From the IMG/VR virus record IMGVR_UViG_3300038678_000291, positions 19,018 through 83,017 of that record: 64,000 nt of DNA; one strand, given 5' to 3'. The stretch is from a virus. The notes under the pieces were generated by a model. That model ran no database searches. It saw only the letters and a program-made list of their open reading frames with translations, and had not been told where the DNA came from. Position 1 is the stretch's first letter, and each line of letters starts with the position of its first letter. The position numbers and the translations under genes were made by a program. This document shows positions 8,316 through 17,396 of this stretch, piece by piece.

Positions 8316-8696
8316 TTATGAAATATCAATGCCGTATTTGATTTTTGTTTTATATGGCAGGTCTTGGGTTAATCTTAAAATCATTGTTTCGGTGTCTGTG
8401 AGTTCGATCATTATTTCTTCATAGTTTTGGGGCATTTCAAACTCTCCATAAATCTCCTTCATTGTGATCGTTGGGAGTTCATAATCTGCCAACCAATCAG
8501 CATCTATTTTGCCATCTTCCCATTGGATTATTAATTGTTTCAGAGCCCTTATCCTGTGGCTTCCCGTAATGGCTTGAGCCTCATCCAACATTACAAGGGA
8601 CGGCCCAACCCAACCCTCATTTTCCGTCATAGCTTTTTTAAGCTCTTTCACTTTGTTTTCATCGTCTGCCGGGTGGTATTGATATATGTTATTCAT
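8316..8696 (-). CDS. ParB/sulfiredoxin-like domain protein
   Basis: KVKELKKAM..EGWVGPSLVM...ITGSHRIRALKQL resembles the ParB N-terminal GxHRxxA motif. Confidence 0.6.
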   Translation of the reverse strand: MNNIYQYHPADDENKVKELKKAMTENEGWVGPSLVMLDEAQAITGSHRIRALKQLIIQWEDGKIDADWLADYELPTITMKEIYGEFEMPQNYEEIMIELTDTETMILRLTQDLPYKTKIKYGIDIS

Positions 8697-8743
8697 TTTT
8701 TTGCATCCGTGTTCGGGTTATTGTTTATCCTTATCATGTCTAA

Positions 8744-8772
8744 AGTATACCCAAAGACATGGTCTTTGTCAA
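8744..8772 (-). promoter_or_regulatory. Strong leftward early promoter with palindromic spacer (candidate operator)
   Basis: TTGACA-17-TATACT; inverted repeat CAAAGAC-atg-GTCTTTG at 8752-8768. Confidence 0.85.
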
Positions 8773-9036
8773 GCCTTGTCTTGAATTATTTATTTTAAAT
8801 TAACCATATAAAATCAAACAATTAGCTGTTCACGCTAAAAATAATGTAAGATAATTTAGGGTGTGGGTGTGAAAACAGAGGAGATTTGGAGAGGGATAAT
8901 GATGGGTTGTGGATAACTTTGTGGGAAAGTATAGCGGGGAAGGATCGTGGTCATTATCAGTTATAAGCAACTGTCAAGTAAAATTTGACGGTTGAGTAGA
9001 TATTAGTAGAAAAATAGTATTTGGGGCAGAAAAAAC

Positions 9037-9065
9037 TTGACAGATTACTTTGGGTGTGTTAATCT
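9037..9065 (+). promoter_or_regulatory. Rightward promoter of the replication operon
   Basis: TTGACA-17-TAATCT just upstream of RBS AAGGAG and the HTH gene. Confidence 0.75.
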
Positions 9066-9082
9066 TAGGTCTAAAATAAGGA

Positions 9083-9274
9083 GTGAGTATGACTGCCCAG
9101 GAAATTAAAGGGATAAGAATAAGCTTAGGACTTACCCAGGACAAGTTTGCTTATAAACTTGGTGTATCTTCTTCTACTATTAATTTTTGGGAAACTGGCA
9201 GGGTTTCACCATCCCCCCTTGCCTTAGAAAAATTATATCAAGCACAGATTGAAGCTAGTGATTCTTGTTATTAA
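9083..9274 (+). CDS. Cro-like XRE HTH regulator
   Basis: IKGIRISLGLTQDKFAYKLGVSSSTINFWETGRVSP. Confidence 0.9.
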   Translation: MSMTAQEIKGIRISLGLTQDKFAYKLGVSSSTINFWETGRVSPSPLALEKLYQAQIEASDSCY

Positions 9275-10189
9275 AATCTTCTGAGACAGGACACATGAAA
9301 TCAATTTATTTCGCTTCCTCTTTTTGGGATGATGACTTTATTTTTGACCTAAGCATTACCGCAAAACTTTTTTATATTTTTTTAATCACAAACAAAAATG
9401 TTTCACCAAGTGGGCTTTATAAATTGGGGAAAATTGAAAAACTAAAAGCTGGATTAACGCAAGCTCAAATCAATAAAGCATTTCAAGAACTTAATGGTAA
9501 GGTATATGTGTTTGGTGAGTGGATTTTTATAAAAAATTTACTTTTTAAGTCGTTTTTAGATAACAGCACAGAAGAAAAATTTCTAAAATCAAACATTTTT
9601 ACAATGATAAAAGACCAATTTTCCAAAAATAGTTTTTCGCCAGAACTAATTGAAATATTTCTTAAAACCTATCCTTTCTTTGCCCCTTATAAGCCCCTTA
9701 TAAGCCCCTTACTAGCCCCTTATAAGGGGGGGGGGGGGTACCCTTCTCCATACTGATACTGATACTGATACTGATACTGATACTGAAAAAGATATTGAAA
9801 AAGATATTGCTCAGCGCGATAAAAAGACATCGCTCCAAGCCGAAGCTTCGCAACCTGAAATTATCTTATCAATCCCATTAATCAAGAGAGATGGTGAATT
9901 TCGCATCTATCAGCCAGACATTAATCAATGGCAGGATACTTTTCCCGGTGTGGATGTGAGGCAAAAACTAAGGGAAATTAGGCAGTGGAACATTGACAAC
10001 CCAACAAACCGCAAAACTAAAAGCGGTATTTGTAAACATATATCAGTATGGTTGAGCGGGGAGCAAAACAAGATGGGTAATTATAAACAACCACAAAAAA
10101 AAGATTGGAATGTGAAGGAAAAATTGGCGCAGGCGGAGAGATTTTTAAATCAAGAAGGGGAATATAGCGATGAAGATCAAACAAATTAA
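9265..10189 (+). CDS. Phage replication initiator, split by a frameshift at the G13 tract (9726-9738)
   Basis: N-part FWDDDFIFDLSITAKLFYIFLITN...SPSGLY is a typical initiator N-terminus. The +1 frame continues HTDTDTDTDTDTEKDIEKD...WQDTFPGVDVRQKLREIRQWNIDNPTNRKT...WLS, a typical initiator C-terminal domain. Confidence 0.75.
9682..9786 (+). repeat. Iteron-like 11-mer repeats, G13 tract and GATACT hexamer run (candidate replication origin)
   Basis: GCCCCTTATAA x4 (one variant) at 9682-9725, palindrome CCCCTTATAAGGGG, then about 6 tandem TACTGA units. Confidence 0.7.
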
Positions 10190-10736
10190 TTTATTTATTG
10201 ATGAACTTAAAAAAACCTTTATCAGCAAAGAAGAACCAGGGTTGTTTCTTATAGGCAGTTGGCAAAAATTTCTCAAAGGTGTTAATTATGGTGATGCCAG
10301 TGAAGCTGTATTAACTATGTTAGCAGATGAGAATAAGGAGGTTTATGGTTTCCCAACTCCCGGCGACCTTAAGCCATATTTATCCGAAGAGGAGATGCGC
10401 GGGGAAAGGAAACAATGTCCATGTTGTAATAACACCACTTTTATACAGTTTTGGAAAGATAAATCTAAGGGGATAACCACCCCTGTATTTAAATGCCAAT
10501 GCACACCACTTGGGAAAAAGAAATGGTGGGAAAGAGATGGACATGATATTTGTAATAACAATTTTTGTCAAAATCCTTACCACCTATCCAGGATTTATGT
10601 GCCGCCGGGTTGGGGCCAACATGAAAAATTATTACTGGCTGGGTGTAAATTTAGTCCAACCATCACGGAAAGTAGAGACTGGCAGACAATTGATCGGGAT
10701 AATTATAACAAAAAACATGGAGTAACCACAGCATGA
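10170..10736 (+). CDS. Helicase loader/inhibitor-like replication protein with zinc ribbon
   Basis: Follows the initiator; W..FL....Y..A..AV..ML......GFPTPGDL pattern (G39P/P-like); CPCC and CQC. Confidence 0.5.
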   Translation: MKIKQINLFIDELKKTFISKEEPGLFLIGSWQKFLKGVNYGDASEAVLTMLADENKEVYGFPTPGDLKPYLSEEEMRGERKQCPCCNNTTFIQFWKDKSKGITTPVFKCQCTPLGKKKWWERDGHDICNNNFCQNPYHLSRIYVPPGWGQHEKLLLAGCKFSPTITESRDWQTIDRDNYNKKHGVTTA

Positions 10737-10951
10737 GCACCCAAAGGGAAGATGAACAAAGAGAGTCCCGCGCCGTACTATCCCGCATAGGCCAAAAAAT
10801 TGGGAAAAAGCCACAATGCAAGGATTTCCCAGAATGTCCCTGTAGCCAGCTAACGGAAGCATTGAGCCTGGTAGAACAATTAAGCCAACAAAACAGGACC
10901 ATGAAATCGGATATCAAGGAGCTTGTAGATTTACACCGTGGAGGTGAATAA
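10733..10951 (+). CDS. Hypothetical protein
   Basis: Translationally coupled ORF. Confidence 0.5.
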   Translation: MSTQREDEQRESRAVLSRIGQKIGKKPQCKDFPECPCSQLTEALSLVEQLSQQNRTMKSDIKELVDLHRGGE

Positions 10952-11692
10952 ATGAGCACCGGAATCCCATATTGTGATGAGACAATAAATCCAATCCGAA
11001 CACGTGACGGCGGATACCACTGCACCAAAGTGAGCACGGGGTGTACCCATTGTTTTGGGGAGGGGTTTAATAAGCGATTCGGTAATCATAAGCCTTATGA
11101 CAACAGCCCTGCCGAATTCGTGATCAATCAAAAAGCCCTAGATAAACTTTTGAAATGGAAAAAACCACGCCAGGTATTTGTTCAAGATATGAGCGATTTA
11201 CTCCATACAGGGATACCATTTTGGATGATTGATGACGTATTTTCTTTTTTTGTAAGATGGCAAAAACGACATACCTATTTAATTTTGACAAAATATACAC
11301 AAAGAATGTTTGAATATTTTAATAGCATTGAAACTAGGAACATTGAGTATCTTCAAAAAACCAGAGCATGGCTCGGCGTATCAGCAGAAAACCAAAAATG
11401 TTTTGACAAGCGGTGGTATTATTTAAAACAGATTCCGGCTGCCCAATACTGGGTGTCTTACGAACCCGCTCTCGGTCCCCTAATTTTGCCCCCGGATTTC
11501 TTAAGATTGGGGAAAAGGGCGTGGGTAGTCTGTGGGGCTGAGACCGGCCCCGGTGCCCGGCCCATGGATTTGGCTTGGGCTAGGGATTTGAGAGACCAAT
11601 GCAAGGCTGCTGGCGTGCCTTATTTTTTTAAATCTGCGGGGACAAGGAAGCCTATCCCCCCGGACTTGATGATTAGGGAATCAATAGCTTGA
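10952..11692 (+). CDS. DUF5131 / phage Gp37Gp68 family protein
   Basis: CTKVSTGCTHC, VFVQDMSDLLH, ILTK, WLGVSAENQ, SYEPALG, WVVCGAETGPGARPM. Confidence 0.9.
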   Translation: MSTGIPYCDETINPIRTRDGGYHCTKVSTGCTHCFGEGFNKRFGNHKPYDNSPAEFVINQKALDKLLKWKKPRQVFVQDMSDLLHTGIPFWMIDDVFSFFVRWQKRHTYLILTKYTQRMFEYFNSIETRNIEYLQKTRAWLGVSAENQKCFDKRWYYLKQIPAAQYWVSYEPALGPLILPPDFLRLGKRAWVVCGAETGPGARPMDLAWARDLRDQCKAAGVPYFFKSAGTRKPIPPDLMIRESIA

Positions 11693-11812
11693 CAATTTTA
11701 CGCAAACTTAGTATACTGGCCATATCGGTGAGGTCACAAATTATGAGAATATCAAGCCCGTACAGGAAAGTTACAAAGTGGCTTTCACCGATACTGTACG
11801 GGCTTTCTGTTT
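11689..11812 (+). promoter_or_regulatory. Promoter plus structured leader/terminator for the HNH gene
   Basis: TTGACA-17-TATACT (11689-11717); interleaved helices 11723-31/11785-93 and 11754-65/11794-805 followed by a T-rich tract. Confidence 0.7.
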
Positions 11813-11830
11813 GTAGGGGAGAATTGTCAA

Positions 11831-12322
11831 ATGCGTAAGAAATTAGCTGTTAGTAAAACTACTCATTACAGGAGAATTAGGCAAGCAAAAGAACTCGGCT
11901 GTATAGTAGAACAGCTACCAGACAACAGGGGAAAGCACGGCATGGTTCCCATGGCATCAGATAATTATAGGTGGAACAAGGGCAAACTTTTAACTAAAGA
12001 TGGATATGTGTTGGTTAGAATTGGGAAAAGCCATCCATTGGCAGACCAAAATGGATATATTAAAGAGCACTTGTTGGTGGTTATATCCTCGAGGTCGCCA
12101 GGTGCATGGCTATTAGAGCATGGCAAATGTAATTGGGTTGTTCACCATAAAAACGGAGACCGTACAGACAACCGTATTGAAAACTTGGAAGTAATTAAAG
12201 CGGGTGATCATAACAAGATACATAACAAGACAGACAGGTCACGGGGTGGTGATGGTAGATTTGTCGGCAAAAAGACCGCCGGTAGCCGGCTGGACGGGCA
12301 AACATGGGAGCAATTACCATGA
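11831..12322 (+). CDS. HNH homing endonuclease
   Basis: HPLADQNGYIKEH...VVHHKNGDRTDNRIENLEV...HNKIH. Confidence 0.9.
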   Translation: MRKKLAVSKTTHYRRIRQAKELGCIVEQLPDNRGKHGMVPMASDNYRWNKGKLLTKDGYVLVRIGKSHPLADQNGYIKEHLLVVISSRSPGAWLLEHGKCNWVVHHKNGDRTDNRIENLEVIKAGDHNKIHNKTDRSRGGDGRFVGKKTAGSRLDGQTWEQLP

Positions 12323-12757
12323 ATTCATACCTCAAAAATCACGGATCGTCTACCACCTTGTATGGGGTTGGGATTATAACCACTACAGGCGAAGGCTGCT
12401 TTGTAAAATACAACGACAGGGAGATTTGGATAGACAACCATCATGAAATAGCCAAGGGCCGGGACTGGATTCGCATACCAACCTGGTTGGCAAAACGGAA
12501 AGGATTTCTATGAAAACTAGCGGCGGTCTTGTAGGTGGTTTGTTGAGGGATAACAATGCTTTGTAATTCGTGTTCCTATGGTGGGTTTAGTGCTATATCA
12601 AGACCACATCCCCAGGGGCACCTGGTTCAGCAGATAAAGAGATGGTGTGCCAAATCGAAGTATCCGATTGAACGGGCACCAAAAACATGTCAGGGATATA
12701 AATCAAATAAACAAAAAATATTCCCAAAATATTCCAATAACGAAAGGAGAAAAACCA

Positions 12758-13306
12758 ATGTATTTTATAGGTGTTGATCCAGGCCAGACCGGAGCAATTG
12801 CAGTGTTGAACGAGAGTGGACAATGTCAGTTTTTAAGTGATTGGCCGGGAGATGAGATTGGAGTAGCTCACTGTGTAAAAACCCAAACAATCGGCCCGCT
12901 TTCAGGTGCTCAGTTTATGGCAGCCATTGAGGATGTTCACGGGATGCCTAAAATGAGCGTTACGAGTATTTCCAAGTTTATGATTAACTTCGGTATTTGG
13001 CGGTGTGCGTTTGCGATGGTAGATATACCCTGTTGGCTAGTAAAGCCCCGTCAATGGCAGAAAGGAGCTTTGAGAATAGAAGACGGAAGTAAAATTAAAA
13101 TAAACAGAAGGGGGGAATCAATTAGGGTAATAGATACCAAGATAGCCAGCCTGATGGGGGCCCGCCGTCAATGGCCAAAGGCTAACTTGCAGTTCAAAAA
13201 ACATCATGGCCGGGCAGACGCTTTATGGATTGCGGAATGGTTAAGACGGGCACGGCAGGGAGAATCCCCCACGGAAGGCACTGGGAATATCATTTCTACG
13301 CACTAA
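12758..13306 (+). CDS. RuvC-like Holliday junction resolvase
   Basis: Start MYFIGVDPGQTGAIA after RBS AAGGAG; AIEDV, P..WQK and GRADALWIA motifs. Confidence 0.85.
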   Translation: MYFIGVDPGQTGAIAVLNESGQCQFLSDWPGDEIGVAHCVKTQTIGPLSGAQFMAAIEDVHGMPKMSVTSISKFMINFGIWRCAFAMVDIPCWLVKPRQWQKGALRIEDGSKIKINRRGESIRVIDTKIASLMGARRQWPKANLQFKKHHGRADALWIAEWLRRARQGESPTEGTGNIISTH

Positions 13307-13478
13307 GCGCTTACCAGGAGGGTAGTTTGGAGATTAGCGGGGTAAAGACATAGAGCAGTGGGTTGGGCTTTCTGAATGCGAAAATGAGGCTGTGGTGAAG
13401 CTAGAGAGGTAAACCATGGTTTACCAAGGATGGTTGAAAAATGGACAATGAAATTAGAAAATTAAGGGACGGCAGAAA

Positions 13479-14084
13479 ATGATCACCCATCTTTGCGTCC
13501 AAAATCCTGTTGCAGGTGAACTTAAAGGGGTTTGCGTTGTTTGTGGCCAACAAACCCTTACTGGATATAAATTACCTTTTTCGGATAATTTCACAGGATA
13601 TTCCTATTTGTCTCATGGGGACTTAACCTGTCCCCGTTGTTATACCTTTTTCAAAACCCCTGAGTTTAGGCGAAAATCATGGATAGCTTCTCAAGACGGA
13701 GTCCTATATCTGAAGCGCCTTGAATGCAGGCAGCATATTCTTAATCCCCCAACTCCACCGTTTTTTCTTTATATTACCAAAACCGGACAAAGACAAGGGT
13801 GGTTATCTGCTTTGAAACTTATGAATTATAGTCAAGGCAGATTTTATATTTCAACGGATTGGGTGGGGCATTTTTTGGTTGAAAGGAGCGAAGCACTGAT
13901 AATGGCTACTCAAATTGCATTTCTTAGGGAACGGGAAATTTCAAAAACTACTCTTTTAACTGGCAATCCTAGCATGAAACAATATAGGCTTGCCATAGAG
14001 GGTGGGTGGGAAGGAGAGTTTGGAAAAATTAGAAAATATGTTAAACAACCACTTTGGGAGGTGATGGTATATGTCTCTGAATGA
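13479..14084 (+). CDS. csf1: Type IV CRISPR-Cas Csf1 (Cas8-like large subunit)
   Basis: N-terminal zinc finger CVVCG...FSDNFT...CPRC; NPPTPPF...TGQRQGW; first gene of the csf operon. Confidence 0.75.
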   Translation: MITHLCVQNPVAGELKGVCVVCGQQTLTGYKLPFSDNFTGYSYLSHGDLTCPRCYTFFKTPEFRRKSWIASQDGVLYLKRLECRQHILNPPTPPFFLYITKTGQRQGWLSALKLMNYSQGRFYISTDWVGHFLVERSEALIMATQIAFLREREISKTTLLTGNPSMKQYRLAIEGGWEGEFGKIRKYVKQPLWEVMVYVSE

Positions 14085-14418
14085 GGCACAAGAAAAGGCC
14101 CTGGTTGAATTTCTGGCTATAGTTTATGGCCGCATTCCCTGGGGAAAAATGCGGACATCAAAAAACCCCCATGATATTTTCAATCATCGGGTGCGGGCAG
14201 CTACCAGAAGGGCGACTCTTTATGGGTTTGCCTCAAAACTGTGTAATTATTTTGGGCTTCAAACATTACCCCTTGAGGCTCAAGCGTTGCTTGATTTGCT
14301 GAGGCCAGAGGAGCAGCGAATATTAAGCACCTTATCCTCAGAACATATTCCCTGGTGTGTTAGGGGGATAATCAGATCAAAAGAGATGAAACTCAAAAAC
14401 AAGGAGGCCGGCAAATGA
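14071..14418 (+). CDS. cas11: Type IV-B small subunit (Cas11-like, Csf4)
   Basis: Small helical protein between csf1 and csf2, the canonical IV-B position. Confidence 0.65.
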   Translation: MSLNEAQEKALVEFLAIVYGRIPWGKMRTSKNPHDIFNHRVRAATRRATLYGFASKLCNYFGLQTLPLEAQALLDLLRPEEQRILSTLSSEHIPWCVRGIIRSKEMKLKNKEAGK

Positions 14419-15251
14419 TTGAGAAATATGATGGCTGGATATTAGCCAAAAGCACCATTCATCATGGCGGGAACGAGAAAACCGGCAGCACCCCCGTACT
14501 TAGAACAATCTATCTGTATGTTGAAGGCCAGGGGGAAATACCCTTCCCATATATCAACGGTAATGCTATTAGAGGTAAACTGCGAAGGCTGCTGATGCGG
14601 GAGTTTTTTCAGCTTATAGGATTAGAGCCGGAAAATCTCAAAACCAAACTATATCATATTTTTTTCACCGGGGGAGTATTAACAAGTACCGAATCTTCCT
14701 ATGCTACAGTGGACTTGGAATTAAGGAAAGAAATCCGTCGGTTGCTACCCCCGCTTGCTTTGCTTGGCGGTGCCATTGGAAACCAGATGATACCGGGAAA
14801 GCTGAAGGTGGGCCACGCTTTTCCTGTTTGCCAGGAATATGCTCAATATCTTCCTGAAAGGCTAAAAGCAGATAAACGGGTTGGCATGTCGGTACGAAGC
14901 TTCACCGATGAGTCGTTCAATACCAGAAAAGATGATTTGCGGGCAGGTCGGGCAGAAGATGAACAGGCGACCCAAATGAAAATAGAGTTTGAATGTTTCA
15001 TTCCTGGCACAAAATTCTATCACTGGTGGGTGCTGGAGTGGCCCACAGAAATAGAAAAAGCCTGTTTCGGCAGATTGATTGAGGTCTTTCAATCATCTCC
15101 TTTTGTTGGGGGGAAGTTGTCTTCCGGCAACGGAGATGTGATGTTTGAGTATCAACCAAAAACACCTTCAGCACAACCGTATTTGGAGTTTGTGCTGAAA
15201 CACAAAACGGACATCCTTCCACTTCTTCAGACCATTGAGGACAAGTTATGA
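14415..15251 (+). CDS. csf2: Type IV Cas7-group RAMP backbone Csf2
   Basis: STIHHGG..KTG, PYINGNAIRGKLRR, FFTGG.L, LLGGAIGNQMIPGKLKVG, TQM...E.FIPGT, VGGKLSSGNG G-loop. Confidence 0.9.
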   Translation: MIEKYDGWILAKSTIHHGGNEKTGSTPVLRTIYLYVEGQGEIPFPYINGNAIRGKLRRLLMREFFQLIGLEPENLKTKLYHIFFTGGVLTSTESSYATVDLELRKEIRRLLPPLALLGGAIGNQMIPGKLKVGHAFPVCQEYAQYLPERLKADKRVGMSVRSFTDESFNTRKDDLRAGRAEDEQATQMKIEFECFIPGTKFYHWWVLEWPTEIEKACFGRLIEVFQSSPFVGGKLSSGNGDVMFEYQPKTPSAQPYLEFVLKHKTDILPLLQTIEDKL

Positions 15252-15988
15252 TTGAGCAAGAAATGACCTATTTCCTTGATTCTTTCCTTTTGGGGACATC
15301 AAGAAGATATAGACCAATGAAATACGAGTCATTAAAAATCACCTTTTGGCTTTCGGCCCCCATATCTCTTACCCACCCCTGGATGCACTTTGATGGGCTT
15401 ATAGGACATCTCTTGACGATAGATGCTCTTGGGCAGGATTTTTATTTACTGCCCAGAAAATTCCCGCTTTCTCGTATGCTTCGGCAAGTAAAGATTCCAC
15501 CGTTTCCCATCAAACATACCAGGGGAATGTATCACGCCTCGGCATCCATTTTTGATACCGGCAGGAAGTCTCTTGAAATTATGTATAAAAAATTTGAGGA
15601 TCGGTGGGCAGGCGGCAGAAGAAAAGTATCTAAGGGAATGGGATATTTTCGGGACTATATGATCCAACACATCTATATTCCCACAAAAACCGTAATATTC
15701 TATGTAATGGGAGACAGAAAAACTTTGGAGCAACTTTGTCACTTGGTAACAGGGTTAGGAGACAATACCCGCGTAGGGTGGGGAGCGGTGAGAAGACATG
15801 AGATAGAAGACATGCAACAAGATTGGAGTATTATAAAAAATGGGATTGCTATGCGCCCTATCCCCGAAAAATTGATTGAATACACTTCCTTAAAAGTTGC
15901 TGTGGCCTGGAAACCCCCATATTGGGCGCCAGAATGTGTTGGAATATGTGCACCACCTGGTGCAGAGGTGAAACTGAAAAATGGATAA
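15248..15988 (+). CDS. csf3: Type IV Cas5-group RAMP Csf3
   Basis: LKITFWLSAPI...FDGLI, YHASA, LGDNTRVGWGAV G-loop, MRPIP...KPPYW. Confidence 0.85.
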   Translation: MIEQEMTYFLDSFLLGTSRRYRPMKYESLKITFWLSAPISLTHPWMHFDGLIGHLLTIDALGQDFYLLPRKFPLSRMLRQVKIPPFPIKHTRGMYHASASIFDTGRKSLEIMYKKFEDRWAGGRRKVSKGMGYFRDYMIQHIYIPTKTVIFYVMGDRKTLEQLCHLVTGLGDNTRVGWGAVRRHEIEDMQQDWSIIKNGIAMRPIPEKLIEYTSLKVAVAWKPPYWAPECVGICAPPGAEVKLKNG

Positions 15989-16673
15989 ACAGTGGAGGGA
16001 AACATTTTTGCTTCATGCCAGAAGCGAAGAATATATCCAAAAAATTCAGGAAGCAGAGTACAATATTTTAACTACCCTTCTGCGATATAAAAAACCCTAT
16101 GTGGCCTTTTCTGGGGGTAAGGATTCAACCTGTATGTTACATTTAGTATTGCAGCAAGCTTTAAATACGATGATTTTACATTGGGATTATGGCAGATTTT
16201 ATATTCCTTACTACCTACACAACGAATTAATAGAAAACGCACGCAGATGTGGAGCAAAAAATCTTCGGATAGAAACATCTAGTCTATATGAAAAACTTGG
16301 CCGAAAGGCAATTAATGTATTGGGTAAAGAAATGATGGAAAAACTTATCCCTCAACTGATAAAAGAAGGCTACGATGTTGTTTTTGTTGGCTTACGAATA
16401 CAAGAATCAGTTAAACGGAAACTAAGAATCAAAGCAGGGAGAAGCCTTACAAATATTTTTGAAGTATGGCCATTAAAAAACTGGTCATGGCTTGATGTAT
16501 GGGCATATATCATCTCCAGTAAAATTCCTTATCTTTCTTATTATGATAAATATGCTCCTGTTGTGGGATGGGATAAAGCTAGGTTCACTACTTTGTTTGA
16601 TCCCGAATTTGATAAATTTGGCTGTTCTAATGTTGATGGAATATTGTCTTGGAAATATAGGAATTTAATATGA
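15981..16673 (+). CDS. cysH: CysH-like PAPS-reductase family protein of type IV-B
   Basis: PP-loop YVAFSGGKDS, GLRIQES..R, PLKNWSWLDVWAYI. Confidence 0.88.
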   Translation: MDKQWRETFLLHARSEEYIQKIQEAEYNILTTLLRYKKPYVAFSGGKDSTCMLHLVLQQALNTMILHWDYGRFYIPYYLHNELIENARRCGAKNLRIETSSLYEKLGRKAINVLGKEMMEKLIPQLIKEGYDVVFVGLRIQESVKRKLRIKAGRSLTNIFEVWPLKNWSWLDVWAYIISSKIPYLSYYDKYAPVVGWDKARFTTLFDPEFDKFGCSNVDGILSWKYRNLI

Positions 16674-16683
16674 GCCGAACCAA

Positions 16684-16712
16684 TTGACAAAAATCCTTAT
16701 CCGTGATAAACT
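16684..16712 (+). promoter_or_regulatory. Sigma70-type promoter
   Basis: TTGACA-17-TAAACT immediately after cysH. Confidence 0.6.
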
Positions 16713-16736
16713 TTAACCAGTTTAGGAACAACGAAG

Positions 16737-17396
16737 ATGCAAACTCACGCCTTGCAAGACTTTCAATCCAGTAGGATTAGCGTTACTGGCCTGTTTAATG
16801 CTCCCCAAGAGCAAGCATTACGGGACTGGAACAATGTCCTTGCGAAAATAAATCTCACTAATCTCCCCCATACCCCCCAACAGGTTGCCGAAAACCGCCA
16901 GGCAGCCCTTCAAATATATCGAATTAGGTTTGACGAAAATGCCCTGAATGCCTTATCGCAAGCATTTAGTCAGTTACATGTGTGCTGGGTAAATGGTGAC
17001 CCCCCGTTTGAAATTATCCAGCAAATTATTTCCCACCTAAACCAAGACTTACTTAACCCTTTCTCTGGGCTTGTACATTATCGTAGCAGCTTCGCTAGCA
17101 TGGAGTCCCGTTCTATAGATATATCTAAAGACAGATCAAGAGGTCGGGGTTTGTGTTTAGTACATCCGCAAAAGCAGGCATTATGTAAAGGATTATGTAA
17201 TAATTGCTATGAAAAAGCACGGAGACTAAATCTGTTGCACCTTGATTTGGGAGTCTGGCTATCGGTATTGTTGAAAAGGCGCAAGCCCAGAGATGTTTCT
17301 CAGTGCGTTAACCACGCAAAGATACAATCTTATGCTGACGGCCTGTGTGTGGAGTGCCTACATAGGTTGGGAAAGCTGAATAAGAATCTACTATGA
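16737..17396 (+). CDS. Hypothetical protein with two C-terminal CxxH-x7-GLCxxC zinc-finger-like repeats
   Basis: CLVHPQKQALCKGLCNNCY and CVNHAKIQSYADGLCVECL. Confidence 0.5.
   Translation: MQTHALQDFQSSRISVTGLFNAPQEQALRDWNNVLAKINLTNLPHTPQQVAENRQAALQIYRIRFDENALNALSQAFSQLHVCWVNGDPPFEIIQQIISHLNQDLLNPFSGLVHYRSSFASMESRSIDISKDRSRGRGLCLVHPQKQALCKGLCNNCYEKARRLNLLHLDLGVWLSVLLKRRKPRDVSQCVNHAKIQSYADGLCVECLHRLGKLNKNLL

Noticed and set aside
15981-16673. cysH as an auxiliary sulfate-assimilation gene or DndC
   Set aside because: Translationally coupled to csf3, with no other cys or dnd genes in the window.
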